Source: Gammaproteobacteria bacterium
GTDB lineage: Bacteria; Pseudomonadota; Gammaproteobacteria; Poriferisulfidales; GCA-002705445
Length of the DNA: 64,000 bases
Direction: 5' to 3'
Assembly (NCBI GenBank): GCA_018674175.1
Contig: JABHAT010000029.1
Coordinates: 57,761-121,760, forward strand
Within the stretch, counting starts at the first letter, position 1. Each line of letters starts with the position of its first letter. Of the stretch, positions 39,814-51,957 are shown piece by piece. The notes beneath the pieces were generated by a model. The model ran no database searches. It was not told where the DNA came from and saw only the letters and a program-made list of their open reading frames with translations. Position numbers and translations under genes: made by a program.

Positions 39814-41174
39814 TTGAATGCTTCAGGCGCAGAGTAAATTTCAGGAGTATAATTTTCAAACCTAGTGCATTCGCCAAGAAATGTTAATGTGGTAGTAAAT
39901 ATTGGGCCATTTCTTTGTTTTCTTACGAGTATTTCAGCTTTTCCTTTATCAGGAGAATCTTCATTATATACTTCATCCCTATATATAAATGCTATTAAAT
40001 CAGCGTCTTGCTCTATAGCACCGGATTCTCTTAAGTCAGACATAATAGGTCTTTTGTCTGTTCTATTTTCTAAACTTCTGTTTAATTGAGATAATGCAAC
40101 TACAGGGACATCCAATTCTCTTGCTAAGGCTTTAAGAGATCTTGATATTTCAGATAACTCTGTAGCTCTATTTTCTGAATTATTAGATAATTGCATTAAT
40201 TGCATGTAATCTATAACTATTAAATCTAAACCTTTCTCTCTTTTTAATCTTCTTGCTCTAGCTCTTATATCAGTAGGCGTTAAAGCAGGAGTGTCATCAA
40301 TAAAAATATTTGCTTTCGATAATAATGCTATTGCATTTGTTAATCTTGGCCAATCATCATCTGTAAGCTTACCCGTTCTAATTTTCTGCTGATTAATTCT
40401 TCCCATAGAAGATATTAATCTTGTAGATAACTGAGTTCCTGACATTTCCATACTAAAAATTGCTGTCACAGCATCATTTTTTAAAGATGCATATTCTGCA
40501 AGATTCATTGCAAAACTTGTTTTACCCATAGACGGTCTTCCGGCTACAATTATAAGATCTCCACCCTGCAAACCTGTAGTTTTATTATCAAAATCTGTAA
40601 AGCCTGTTGCAACACCAGTTACAGCATCTCCGTTCTCAGCTCTTTTTTCAATCTCTTTAAGTGATTCTTGAACTAATTTATTGATATCTTGAAAGCCACT
40701 ATTTGTTTTTTGGGATTCTTCTGATATATTAAATATCGTTCTTTCCGCCTCATCAAGTAATGATTTACTATCTATTCCTCCATCACGAGATTTTTCTATT
40801 AAGTTGTTACTAACGCTTATTAATTGCCTTAATATGGATTGCTCTCTTACAATATTTGCATAAGCTTTGATATTAGCCGCAGAGGGCGTTTGATTAATTA
40901 TCTCAGATAAATATGTAGAAAAAGACTTATCGTCAGATGTATTAACTTTCTCATTAATTGTTACTACATCAAAAGGAGTATTGTCACCAACTAACCCAAC
41001 TATGCAAGAATAAATCTTTCTATGCTGCTCATTATAGAAATCATTAACTTGAAGAATATCGGCAATTTTCTCCCATGACTCATTATCTAAAATAAGACCA
41101 CCAAGTACAGCAATCTCGGCCTCGATTGAGTTGGGGATTTTGTTAAGACTTTGAAATGTAAGGTTTTTACTCAT
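39810..41174 (-). CDS. dnaB: Replicative DNA helicase
   Basis: GRPSMGKT, IDYMQL, ALSQLNR, SDLRESGAIEQDAD, KQRNGP. Confidence 0.98.
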   Translation of the reverse strand: MSKNLTFQSLNKIPNSIEAEIAVLGGLILDNESWEKIADILQVNDFYNEQHRKIYSCIVGLVGDNTPFDVVTINEKVNTSDDKSFSTYLSEIINQTPSAANIKAYANIVREQSILRQLISVSNNLIEKSRDGGIDSKSLLDEAERTIFNISEESQKTNSGFQDINKLVQESLKEIEKRAENGDAVTGVATGFTDFDNKTTGLQGGDLIIVAGRPSMGKTSFAMNLAEYASLKNDAVTAIFSMEMSGTQLSTRLISSMGRINQQKIRTGKLTDDDWPRLTNAIALLSKANIFIDDTPALTPTDIRARARRLKREKGLDLIVIDYMQLMQLSNNSENRATELSEISRSLKALARELDVPVVALSQLNRSLENRTDKRPIMSDLRESGAIEQDADLIAFIYRDEVYNEDSPDKGKAEILVRKQRNGPIFTTTLTFLGECTRFENYTPEIYSAPEAFK

Positions 41175-41214
41175 TATAAATAACCAAGCTAAATAAATTT
41201 AATATTTTATATTA

Positions 41215-41670
41215 TCAGCTTTGATTATTTGTTTCGACAATTAGATTTATTATTGCATCAGTATCTATACCTAGATGAATGCTAATAGAATATTCACCAA
41301 TCTTTTTAATAGCTCCATCTGGCATTCTAATTTCTTTCCTTTCGACCTCTTGGCCATTCTCTACAAGCTCTTTCTCAACTTCATATGGTCCAATTGATCC
41401 AAATAATAAACCTTCTTCATTAGCTTCTGCTGCTATCTTTATAGTAAACCCATCTATTTTTTCTTTTCTTTTTATAGCGATATCAAGATTTTCTTTAGCA
41501 GCTTTTTTAAGCTCTTCTTTCTTTTCTTCAAATTCTTTCAAATTTTCTTCGGTTGCATACTTAGCTTTAGCTTTTGGGATTAAATGATTTCTAGCAAAGC
41601 CAGGCTTAACATTAACCTTGTCGCCCAAATCACCTAAATTTTCTATTTTTTCTAGTAGTATTACATCCAT
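41215..41670 (-). CDS. rplI: 50S ribosomal protein L9
   Basis: MDVILLE....LG..GD.VNVKPGFARN.LIP, LFGSI. Confidence 0.97.
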   Translation of the reverse strand: MDVILLEKIENLGDLGDKVNVKPGFARNHLIPKAKAKYATEENLKEFEEKKEELKKAAKENLDIAIKRKEKIDGFTIKIAAEANEEGLLFGSIGPYEVEKELVENGQEVERKEIRMPDGAIKKIGEYSISIHLGIDTDAIINLIVETNNQS

Positions 41671-41688
41671 TTGATTTTTCCTATATTT

Positions 41689-41913
41689 TTAATGATTATC
41701 ACAATACGGAATCAAAGCTAAAAACCTAGCTCTTTTTACCGCTGTTGATATTTGTCTCTGATACTTTGCTTTAGTCCCAGTAATTCTACTTGGTAATATC
41801 TTTCCAGTTTCAGTAATATATTCTCTAATAAGATTTAAATCCTTATAGTCAATTTCAGATATACCTTCTTTTGTAAACTTACAAAATTTTGCTTTCTTAA
41901 AATATCTAGACAT
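41689..41913 (-). CDS. rpsR: 30S ribosomal protein S18
   Basis: IDYKD...[30 protein letters not shown]; start set to ATG 41913. Confidence 0.97.
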   Translation of the reverse strand: MSRYFKKAKFCKFTKEGISEIDYKDLNLIREYITETGKILPSRITGTKAKYQRQISTAVKRARFLALIPYCDNH

Positions 41914-42319
41914 CTTGAGCTCCATTTTCAGCGCGTACTTCCTTTTCTTCAACTACTTCAGGTTTTTTCGCAACTTCATTGTTTTTGTTATTATCTTCTT
42001 CTTCATCTTTTAATATTGATGATTTTTCAGTAATCGCAGTTTTTCTTTGAAGAATCATATTTCTAATTACTGCGTCATTAAATTTAAAGTTTGATGATAT
42101 CTCTTCAATTACTTCTAAATTACATTCTATGTTTAAAAGTATATAGTGAGCTTTATGAATTTTATTGATAGGGTAAGCTAATTGTCTTCTTCCCCAATCT
42201 TCTTCTCTGTGAATTTTTCCATCACTAGCTGTGACTATTCCAGAGTATTTTTTTATCATTGCAGGCACTTGGTCACTTTGATCAGGGTGCACTAAAAAAA
42301 CTATTTCGTAATGTCTCAT
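41906..42319 (-). CDS. rpsF: 30S ribosomal protein S6
   Basis: [32 protein letters not shown]. Confidence 0.97.
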   Translation of the reverse strand: MRHYEIVFLVHPDQSDQVPAMIKKYSGIVTASDGKIHREEDWGRRQLAYPINKIHKAHYILLNIECNLEVIEEISSNFKFNDAVIRNMILQRKTAITEKSSILKDEEEDNNKNNEVAKKPEVVEEKEVRAENGAQDV

Positions 42320-42372
42320 ATTTTTCCTTATGGGTTATTGTCTCTTAGGTTTTCTAAGTAGAACAAGGAACA
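42320..42372 (-). ncRNA. S6:S18-type ribosomal protein leader RNA
   Basis: Minus strand GTTCCTT-GTTCT-acttag-aaaac-ctaag-AGAC-aataaCCC-at-AAGGAA: outer stem covers the RBS, with the conserved CCC just before it. Confidence 0.65.
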
Positions 42373-42375
42373 TGC

Positions 42376-42404
42376 ATATTACAGAATGGGGGGTGAGACT
42401 GCAA
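42376..42404 (-). promoter_or_regulatory. Sigma70 promoter for rpsF-rpsR-rplI
   Basis: Minus strand TTGCAG-N17-TAATAT directly upstream of the leader. Confidence 0.55.
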
Positions 42405-43151
42405 TTATTTTATTTTTGAATATATAGTATTGATTAAAATGCCTGTTGCTACAGCCATATTAAGGCTTTCAACAACTCCATTCATATTTATTTTTAAGGT
42501 AAAATCACAGTTCTCAAGTGTTTTTTTGCGTAATCCTGATGATTCACCTCCAATAATTAAAGCAATTGGGTTCTTAAATATAATATCATTAACATCATCA
42601 CTAGCTCTATCTGTTGCTCCATAAATCCAATAATCATTTTTTTTAAGTACATCTATAGCTCTAGAGATATTTTTAACTTTAATGATAGGTGTTGTTTCAA
42701 CAGCTCCAGCAGCAACCTTTCTAACAGTTTCATTTACATTTACAGAATCATGATCTTTAATAATTACTGCAGAAACATTATATGCATCGCATATTCGCAA
42801 ACATGCTCCAAAATTTCTTGGGTCTGATACTTCATCTAAAATTAGAACTATTTGATTTTTAACTTTATTTTTTAGAAAACTCGCAAGATCTTTCTCTGGA
42901 ATATCTTCTTTCTTCTTAGCGATTGCTAATACACCTTGATGACTTTTAACATTTGTTATATTAAATATTTTTTCATTTGATATTTTCTGAATAGTTATAT
43001 TATTTTTTTCTGCTTCATACGATATATCACTAAATTTTTTAGAATCTTTATCAGATAAATATATTTCATAAATGTCAAAAGGCCTTATCTTGAGTAAAAT
43101 TCTTACAGCATGAATTCCTACCACATTATCTTTTGATGAATTTTTTTTCAT
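42405..43151 (-). CDS. rlmB: 23S rRNA Gm2251 2'-O-methyltransferase
   Basis: GIHAV, HQGV, LD.V.DPRNFGACLR, GGE..GLR, VESLN.AVA.G. Confidence 0.93.
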   Translation of the reverse strand: MKKNSSKDNVVGIHAVRILLKIRPFDIYEIYLSDKDSKKFSDISYEAEKNNITIQKISNEKIFNITNVKSHQGVLAIAKKKEDIPEKDLASFLKNKVKNQIVLILDEVSDPRNFGACLRICDAYNVSAVIIKDHDSVNVNETVRKVAAGAVETTPIIKVKNISRAIDVLKKNDYWIYGATDRASDDVNDIIFKNPIALIIGGESSGLRKKTLENCDFTLKINMNGVVESLNMAVATGILINTIYSKIK

Positions 43152-44653
43152 TATTTAACCAATACAAAGTCAATTTTTCTCTCTGAAGGAAAAGCACTCT
43201 GTAATTTCACTTTAATTTTATCGCCTACTTTAAAAACTTTTTTTGATTTATCACCTATTAAAATATTCTTTTTTTCATTATGAATAAAATATTCATTTCC
43301 CAGGGATGAAATATGAATTAATCCTTGAATTGGTTCTTCTTTAACAGCTATAAATAAACCAAAATTCACTACAGAATTAACAGTAGCATCAAATTTTTTG
43401 CCTATAAATTTTGTAGCGTAATTACATAATAGTATAGATTGTAGTTCTCTTTCTGCTGCTTCTGCATTTCTTTCATTCTCTGAAGAAAGCGTACCAATTT
43501 TTTCTAAATTATTAAAATCATATTGATTTTCTTTTTTTTCAATAATATTTTTTATAATTCTATGTACAATTAAATCAGGGTAACGACGAATAGGAGATGT
43601 GAAATGATTATAAGATTTTAAAGATAAACCAAAATGACCAATATTTTTTGGTGTGTACTCAGCTCTTGCCATTGCTCTTAAAATTATTGATGTAACAAGG
43701 TGGTCATCAAGTCTTTTTTTAGATAACTCTATAATCTTATTAATTTCTTCAGTACAAATAATTTTAGTTTTATTTAAGCTGTATCCAAGGTTTTTTAGAG
43801 ATATTGAAGCATCTTCAATTTTTTCTAGCGTTGGCTCATCATGCACTCTATACAACGAATTAGACTTATTTTTTTTTATAAATAAGCTACTTGCAACATT
43901 TGCGGCAATCATACACTCTTCAATAAGTTTTTGTGACTCAAGCCTAATATTATTTTTTATACCGGTGATTTCATTATTTTTACTAATTAAAAATGAGAAC
44001 TCTTGGGTGTCAAAATTCACTGCATGTCTTTTCTCTCTAGATTTTTTTAGAATTTTATATAGTGAAAATAAATTATTAATATTTTTTATAACATTTTTAT
44101 CTGTAATAGATTTTTTATTGTTGAGAAAATTATCAACTTGAGTATAAGTTAATCTAGCTGAAGAGCTTATAAGGGCATTATAAAATTTGTAAGATTTAAT
44201 TTTACCATCTTTCCCAATTATAATTTCCGCCATTACGGTGAATTTATCTTCACCAGATCTAAGCGAACATAGATTATTTGATAGTATTTCTGGAAGCATA
44301 GGAATTACAAAACCAGGAAAATATACAGATGTTCCTCTTTTTCTTGCTTCTTTATCTATATTAGAATTATTTTCTACATAATGAGCAACATCCGCAATGG
44401 CTACGTAAAGTTTCCAATCACTTTCATGCTTCTCACAATAAACTGCATCATCAAAATCTTTAGCATCTTCACCATCTATTGTGACAAAATCTAATTTTTT
44501 GAGATCTTTTCTATTGAATGATTTTTTATTAAATTTTTTGTTTTTATATTTATCTATATCTTGATTGATATTTTTATTCCAATCGTTATTAAGACTAAAT
44601 TTCTTAATAATTTTTTCAACTTCTGAGTTAAAACTAAATTTTATTTTTTTCAT
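43151..44653 (-). CDS. rnr: Ribonuclease R (RNB + S1 only, short N-terminus)
   Basis: FVTIDGEDAKDFDDA, RGTSVYFP, HFTSPIRRYPDL..HR, C-terminal S1; upstream of rlmB. Confidence 0.88.
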   Translation of the reverse strand: MKKIKFSFNSEVEKIIKKFSLNNDWNKNINQDIDKYKNKKFNKKSFNRKDLKKLDFVTIDGEDAKDFDDAVYCEKHESDWKLYVAIADVAHYVENNSNIDKEARKRGTSVYFPGFVIPMLPEILSNNLCSLRSGEDKFTVMAEIIIGKDGKIKSYKFYNALISSSARLTYTQVDNFLNNKKSITDKNVIKNINNLFSLYKILKKSREKRHAVNFDTQEFSFLISKNNEITGIKNNIRLESQKLIEECMIAANVASSLFIKKNKSNSLYRVHDEPTLEKIEDASISLKNLGYSLNKTKIICTEEINKIIELSKKRLDDHLVTSIILRAMARAEYTPKNIGHFGLSLKSYNHFTSPIRRYPDLIVHRIIKNIIEKKENQYDFNNLEKIGTLSSENERNAEAAERELQSILLCNYATKFIGKKFDATVNSVVNFGLFIAVKEEPIQGLIHISSLGNEYFIHNEKKNILIGDKSKKVFKVGDKIKVKLQSAFPSERKIDFVLVK

Positions 44654-44730
44654 ATTTAAATATGTTTAAACTTTATATGAAATGAAGATAAGTAGATGAT
44701 AGTTACGAGATTTTCAATTTTATATTTTTT

Positions 44731-46527
<1,797 letters not shown>

Positions 46528-46658
46528 TTAATTATGTGATTAAAATGTTTCATGTTGCAAAAAATCTTTAACCAAATAAACTTATCTGACAGAAAAGAAG
46601 TTTGCAAGTGTATTTGTTATAGTTGAAAGAACTAAATATCTTGAATTAGTAAGAAATT

Positions 46659-47306
46659 ATGCAGATAGATAAAAAAAATATGATTGAAAGCCAACTAAAA
46701 CCGGAAGGTATTAGCTGTCAAAATACTATTGACTGCATATCCAAAGTAAATAGAGAAGATTTTGTGCCAGAAGAATTCAAGAATTTATCATATGCTGAGT
46801 ACGATATTCCGCTTAGAAATGAATACTCTATGTTAAAACCATTGATGACAGCAAAAATCTTACAATTATTAAATATTGATAAAGATGATGAAATTTTAGA
46901 GATTGGTACAGGAAGCGGTTATTTAACTTGTTGTTTATCAATTATGGGTAAGTCTGTAGATACATTAGATATTGATGCAAATATGTTAGAGTCAGCAAAA
47001 AAATCTCATAATCATTACAATATTTTCAATGTAAACTATCTGAGTGGAGATGTTTTTTCTAACTGGACTCCTGAAAAAAACTATGATGTTATAGTATTGA
47101 CTGGTTCAATTGAATCAAGAGTAGAAAAACTTGAGGTTGCACTTAAAGACAGCGGCAGAATGTTTGCTGTTATTGGAAAACAACCGGTAATGTATGCAAA
47201 TATAATTGAGCGTGTTTCAGGTACCAAACTTTTATGTAATCAGTCATTTGAAACTACATTAGAATCATTAAATAATTTTAATAAAAAAAATTATTTAAAC
47301 TTTTAG
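46659..47306 (+). CDS. pcm: Protein-L-isoaspartate O-methyltransferase family
   Basis: NMIESQL.P, RE.FVP, LEIGTGSGY, YDVI.LTGS, GR.FA.IG. Confidence 0.85.
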   Translation: MQIDKKNMIESQLKPEGISCQNTIDCISKVNREDFVPEEFKNLSYAEYDIPLRNEYSMLKPLMTAKILQLLNIDKDDEILEIGTGSGYLTCCLSIMGKSVDTLDIDANMLESAKKSHNHYNIFNVNYLSGDVFSNWTPEKNYDVIVLTGSIESRVEKLEVALKDSGRMFAVIGKQPVMYANIIERVSGTKLLCNQSFETTLESLNNFNKKNYLNF

Positions 47307-47319
47307 TATAATTAAATCT

Positions 47320-47637
47320 ATGATAGAAATGACAGCTTCTGAGCTTAATGTGTATATTGCCAATAATCCAAATACTGCATTAATTGATGTAAGAGAAAAC
47401 TGGGAATATAATGTTGCATATATAGAAAAATCTATTCATATACCAATATCAGAAATTCAAAATAAGATGCATGATTTTGACGAAGATCAGACAATAGTTT
47501 TTATATGCCATCATGGTGTAAGAAGCAGAATGGTGGGCGTATATTTTGAGCAAAACGAGTTTAAAAATATTATAAACTTAAGGGGTGGTATAGATTCTTG
47601 GGCCAAGACAATCGACCATAATATGGCAGTTTATTAA
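47320..47637 (+). CDS. Rhodanese-like domain protein
   Basis: IDVRE.WE, CHHGVRS, NL.GGIDSW. Confidence 0.9.
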   Translation: MIEMTASELNVYIANNPNTALIDVRENWEYNVAYIEKSIHIPISEIQNKMHDFDEDQTIVFICHHGVRSRMVGVYFEQNEFKNIINLRGGIDSWAKTIDHNMAVY

Positions 47638-47647
47638 TAAATTTATT

Positions 47648-48973
47648 ATGAAATATTTTTTTTACATTTTATGTATTCTTAATTTATATATTTTTCCAAT
47701 AGGTGCATCTTACGGAGTAGATTTAGTAGAAGTTTATAACGTGGCTATAAAAAATGATCCAGAATTATTGTCAGCTGAAGCTAAACATAAGGCAACTATC
47801 CAAGAATATCCAATCGCGAGATCATATTTACTCCCGAACTTAAATTTTTCTGCAAGTAGCAAAAGAACGAGAGAATCTATAGATGGAGCAATTTATGGCC
47901 GATCAAGTTCAACATCACAGTTTACCACTGATGAATTTAGTATTAATTTAAAACAACCCTTGTATAGAAGAGATTTATTTGCATTATTAGAGAAATCAGA
48001 ATTTGAGGTTGCTAAATCATTGGCTGAAAGAGACTCCGCAAGGCAAGATCTGATAATTAGAGTTGCAGAAGCCTATTTTAATATACTAGATAGTATAGAC
48101 AATATTACTTATGTGTCTTCAGAAAAAGCAGCCATAAAATCTCAGTTAGATGAGGCCAAAAAAAGATTTGAAGTAGGTCTTATTGCTATAACAGATTATA
48201 CGGAGGCAAGAGCATCTTATGATTTATCAGAAACACAATATATTGAGGCAGAAAATCTAAGTGATCTCACAAAAGAGTCTTTATATGTTTTAACTGGTCA
48301 GCAGTTTAAAAATTTCTCATTACTAAGTCTTGATATAAAAGTTAAGAATCCTGACCCAGATAATATTAAATCTTGGGAAGATTTTGCTACCAAACAAAAT
48401 TTAGATTTATTGGCATATAAAAGGGCGCAAGACGTTGCAATGGCAAATCTTAAATATGAAAGAGCAAAGCATTTTCCCACGATAGATATATATGGAACTA
48501 TAAAAGAAACTGATAAAGGAGGAGGGACATCTGGAGCCTTTGATTCAAACAATGACTTTATTGGTATAGAGCTTAACATTCCAATATTTTCAGGTGGAAA
48601 TACTTACTATAGCAGTAAGCAAGCTTCATACTTAGAAGAAAAAACAAGATATGAGTTATTGAAAAAGAAAAGAGAGGTAATCAGGGATACAAGGCAAGCT
48701 TTTTTAAATTTAAAATCAAGTATTAGTAAAGTAAAATATTCAAAGAAGGCATTAGAGTCAAATGAATTATCAGTGGAATACAATAAAGCAGGCTTTGAAG
48801 TTGGTACCAGATCAACAACAGATGTTTTACTTGCTCTTAAGGATTCATTTAAAGCAAAAAAGAATTATTCGAAAGCAAAATATGAATACTTAATTAGTAA
48901 GCTGAAGTTAAAAAAATCTATAGGGACGCTATCTATTAAAGATATTAAGATAATAAACACATGGCTGAATTAA
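47648..48973 (+). CDS. tolC: TolC family outer-membrane channel
   Basis: Signal peptide, DL..VY..A..NDP, RFEVGL.AITD..EA.A, GFEVGTR...DVL; pcm-tolC-waaA order. Confidence 0.92.
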   Translation: MKYFFYILCILNLYIFPIGASYGVDLVEVYNVAIKNDPELLSAEAKHKATIQEYPIARSYLLPNLNFSASSKRTRESIDGAIYGRSSSTSQFTTDEFSINLKQPLYRRDLFALLEKSEFEVAKSLAERDSARQDLIIRVAEAYFNILDSIDNITYVSSEKAAIKSQLDEAKKRFEVGLIAITDYTEARASYDLSETQYIEAENLSDLTKESLYVLTGQQFKNFSLLSLDIKVKNPDPDNIKSWEDFATKQNLDLLAYKRAQDVAMANLKYERAKHFPTIDIYGTIKETDKGGGTSGAFDSNNDFIGIELNIPIFSGGNTYYSSKQASYLEEKTRYELLKKKREVIRDTRQAFLNLKSSISKVKYSKKALESNELSVEYNKAGFEVGTRSTTDVLLALKDSFKAKKNYSKAKYEYLISKLKLKKSIGTLSIKDIKIINTWLN

Positions 48974-50203
48974 ATGATATACAAATTAATTTATAAGGTT
49001 GCGCTCCTAGCAATACTTCCAATAGTTTTTATTTATTTAATATTTTATTCTATTTATTTAAAAGATATTAATTTTCTCTTAAATAAAATTGGTTATATTA
49101 GAAATTTAAAAAACAAAAAATATAGTTTATGCTTACATTGTGCCTCACTTGGAGAAGTTAATGGTATAAAATCTTTAATTAAAAAAATAAAAAATAATAA
49201 TACTGTAATTATATCTACGAACACTATTTCAGGAAAAAAAAGAGTGCAAGAACTATTTCCTGAACTTGATGTCATATATTTTCCACTAGATTATAAAATT
49301 TTTATAGCTCCTTGGTTAAATTCTATTAAATTTAAAAACATAGTAATATACGAGACTGAAATATGGCCAAACTTTTATGAATCATGTAATAAAATAGATA
49401 TTAAAATAGGTATTATAAATGCTCGGTTTTCAAAAAAAATACTTAATGGAAATGAAATTATAAAAAACTTATATAGACAATCTTTAAATAAATGTAGTTT
49501 TATATTGTGTAAATCTAACTATGAAAAAAATAAATACTTAGATCTTAAAGTTAATAAAAAATTACTGTTTCATCTAGGGAACCTTAAATATTCTTGCTTT
49601 GAAGAAATTGAAGAAAAAAATAATAATAGTAATAAAAAAAATTTCTTTTTAATGGCTTCTACTCATCAACCAGATGAAGAAGTCTTTAAATCATCAATTA
49701 CCTATTTACTTGAAAAAAAAGTACCTGTTGTAATAGCTCCAAGACATATAACTAGGGCAAATGAGATTATTAAATACTTTACTAACCTTGATATTAAGGT
49801 AAAGAATTATTCAGAATTTTCATTGCATAGCAATGAAAAATATCTTACTGATGGAGTTATTGTTTTAGACACTTTTGGGGATTTAATTGATTTTTATAAC
49901 GAAGCAAAATTCGTATATGTTGGTGGTGGTTTTTCAGACAGGGGCGTCCAAAATATTTTAGAGCCTGCTGCATTTGGAAGAGCTATTTTTGTTGGTCCAA
50001 ATTTAGAAAATGTGAAAGATGAAATAAAAGATCTTAAAGTACGTATAATTAAAGATAGAAATCCTTTGCCGGTGGTAATAGATTATATTGAAAATATTAA
50101 TCCAGATATTATTGGCTCTAAGACAAAAATAGAATTCATGAAGTTCTCTGGAATTTTAGATGAGTATATAGATTTTTTAAAAAATGAAGAAATTATAAAT
50201 TAA
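48974..50203 (+). CDS. waaA: Kdo transferase
   Basis: HCASLGE, P.D, ETEIWPN, ASTH..DE, APRH..R, VGG...G.QN.LEPA. Confidence 0.92.
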   Translation: MIYKLIYKVALLAILPIVFIYLIFYSIYLKDINFLLNKIGYIRNLKNKKYSLCLHCASLGEVNGIKSLIKKIKNNNTVIISTNTISGKKRVQELFPELDVIYFPLDYKIFIAPWLNSIKFKNIVIYETEIWPNFYESCNKIDIKIGIINARFSKKILNGNEIIKNLYRQSLNKCSFILCKSNYEKNKYLDLKVNKKLLFHLGNLKYSCFEEIEEKNNNSNKKNFFLMASTHQPDEEVFKSSITYLLEKKVPVVIAPRHITRANEIIKYFTNLDIKVKNYSEFSLHSNEKYLTDGVIVLDTFGDLIDFYNEAKFVYVGGGFSDRGVQNILEPAAFGRAIFVGPNLENVKDEIKDLKVRIIKDRNPLPVVIDYIENINPDIIGSKTKIEFMKFSGILDEYIDFLKNEEIIN

Positions 50204-50882
50204 TTAAATCCAATAATTTTTTTTTAAATTCGTCATTATAATTTTCTATCTTTTTTAAAGATCTTTCTAACCTCAATACACTCTTTCTGAATAATTTTTT
50301 TTCGTAAAAAAAATATGAGTTATCAAAGTCAAGTAAGTAAATATTATTGTATTTATCAATAATAATATTTTTAGAGTTCAGATCAGAATGGTAAACATTT
50401 TTTTGATAAAATTGTTCCAAAGTCATGTATAGTTTATTCCATAAATCATGATTCATTTTTTTATTTATTATAAATTCGTACAAAGTTCCTTTGTTATCTA
50501 TTTTACAAGTAATTAGATTTGCTTTGTATGTAAAGCGATTAGTTATTATTTGTAGTGCTGCTGCTTTCGGAACAGGTAGACCTTGTTCTTTCATAATATT
50601 AAGCATATTGTATTCCTTTATAGCCCTAGTTGATGATAATGAACTAAATATATAACTATCATAGGAAAATTTTGCAGCAAGGCCACCTCTAATATAGTGT
50701 TTTAAAAAATATCTTTCATTTTTGTACTGCAATTCAAGTGCTTTACCTCTTCCATCTGCTACAGATTTGATTAGTCCTTCTTTAGATATATAATCAGTAT
50801 TAAATAATTTACTAGAGAAGTTATCAAAGACATCAGGATTATATTGAATATATATATTTTTATTTTTTATAATTTCGTCCAT
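50193..50882 (-). CDS. kdkA: Kdo kinase
   Basis: GRG, LKHY.RGG, GLPVP, YH.DLN..NI, LDFD, L.RL.RSL.K. Confidence 0.88.
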   Translation of the reverse strand: MDEIIKNKNIYIQYNPDVFDNFSSKLFNTDYISKEGLIKSVADGRGKALELQYKNERYFLKHYIRGGLAAKFSYDSYIFSSLSSTRAIKEYNMLNIMKEQGLPVPKAAALQIITNRFTYKANLITCKIDNKGTLYEFIINKKMNHDLWNKLYMTLEQFYQKNVYHSDLNSKNIIIDKYNNIYLLDFDNSYFFYEKKLFRKSVLRLERSLKKIENYNDEFKKKLLDLINL

Positions 50883-50892
50883 TATTCATTAT

Positions 50893-51957
50893 ATGCAAAA
50901 TAATAAGCAAAAAGTAGAAAATATATGTGTTTTACGAACATCATCAATAGGCGATATATGCCATATGCTTCCTTTTATATTTACGATTCGCAAAGAATAT
51001 CCAAATGCAAAAATTTCTTGGGTAATTGGTAAAAATGAAGCTGATTTCATTGGAAATATCAATGGTATTCAATATATAGTATTTGATAGAAATAATACTT
51101 TAAAATCTTATTTTTCTATTTATAAGAAATTAAAAAAAATTAAATTTGATGTTATGTTTATTATGCAAGTTTCACTAAGAGCAAATATTATTAGTTTGCT
51201 CATAGAATCTAAAATTAAGATAGGTTATGATTTAAATAGATCTAGTGATTTACACAGTATATTTTCTAATAAAAAAATACAAAGCTCTAAACATTCGCAT
51301 GTCGTAGATGTTTTTTTAAGTTTTTTAAATGTATTAAGTATTGAAAAAAGTAATTTTATCTATAAGTGGGATATTGAGGAAAGAATTACAAAAAAACAAT
51401 TATTTAAAAAATTTTTTGAATTACAGGATAAATATTTCGTACTCAGCCCATGTTCGAGAAGTGCTAATAGAAACTGGTTGGTTGATAGATATGCTGCAGT
51501 TGCAGATTATATAAATATAAATTTTGGTATACAATGTGTATTATCTTCTTCTTCCAATTCTTTTGAAGAAGAATTTGTAAAAGATATTATCAGCTCTATG
51601 AAATCAAAACCTCTGAATCTTTCAGGAAGAACGAATTTGCATGAGCTATACTCTCTAGTTAAAAACTCAGAGCTACTGATTAGCCCAGATAGCGGCCCAA
51701 TCCATATAGCCACATGCGCGGGCAAACCTGCAATTGGATTATATGGAGTAACAAACACTGTAAGGGCAGGTCCATATAACAGCAGAGATTTATGTATTGA
51801 TAAATACAATGAAGCGCTACTAAAATATAAAGGATTGGAATCTCATCAAGCAAAATGGAGATATAAAAATAATAATAAAAATGTGATGAGTTTAATTAGT
51901 ACAGAAGAAGTAATTGAAAAAATTGATAAATATTTTAAAGAAAGGAGCGTAAGTTGA
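50893..51957 (+). CDS. GT9 heptosyltransferase (OpsX-like)
   Basis: LR.SSIGDICH, MQ.SLRA, SP..S...RNW, ISPDSGP.H.A, GLYG.TN..R.GPY. Confidence 0.85.
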   Translation: MQNNKQKVENICVLRTSSIGDICHMLPFIFTIRKEYPNAKISWVIGKNEADFIGNINGIQYIVFDRNNTLKSYFSIYKKLKKIKFDVMFIMQVSLRANIISLLIESKIKIGYDLNRSSDLHSIFSNKKIQSSKHSHVVDVFLSFLNVLSIEKSNFIYKWDIEERITKKQLFKKFFELQDKYFVLSPCSRSANRNWLVDRYAAVADYININFGIQCVLSSSSNSFEEEFVKDIISSMKSKPLNLSGRTNLHELYSLVKNSELLISPDSGPIHIATCAGKPAIGLYGVTNTVRAGPYNSRDLCIDKYNEALLKYKGLESHQAKWRYKNNNKNVMSLISTEEVIEKIDKYFKERSVS

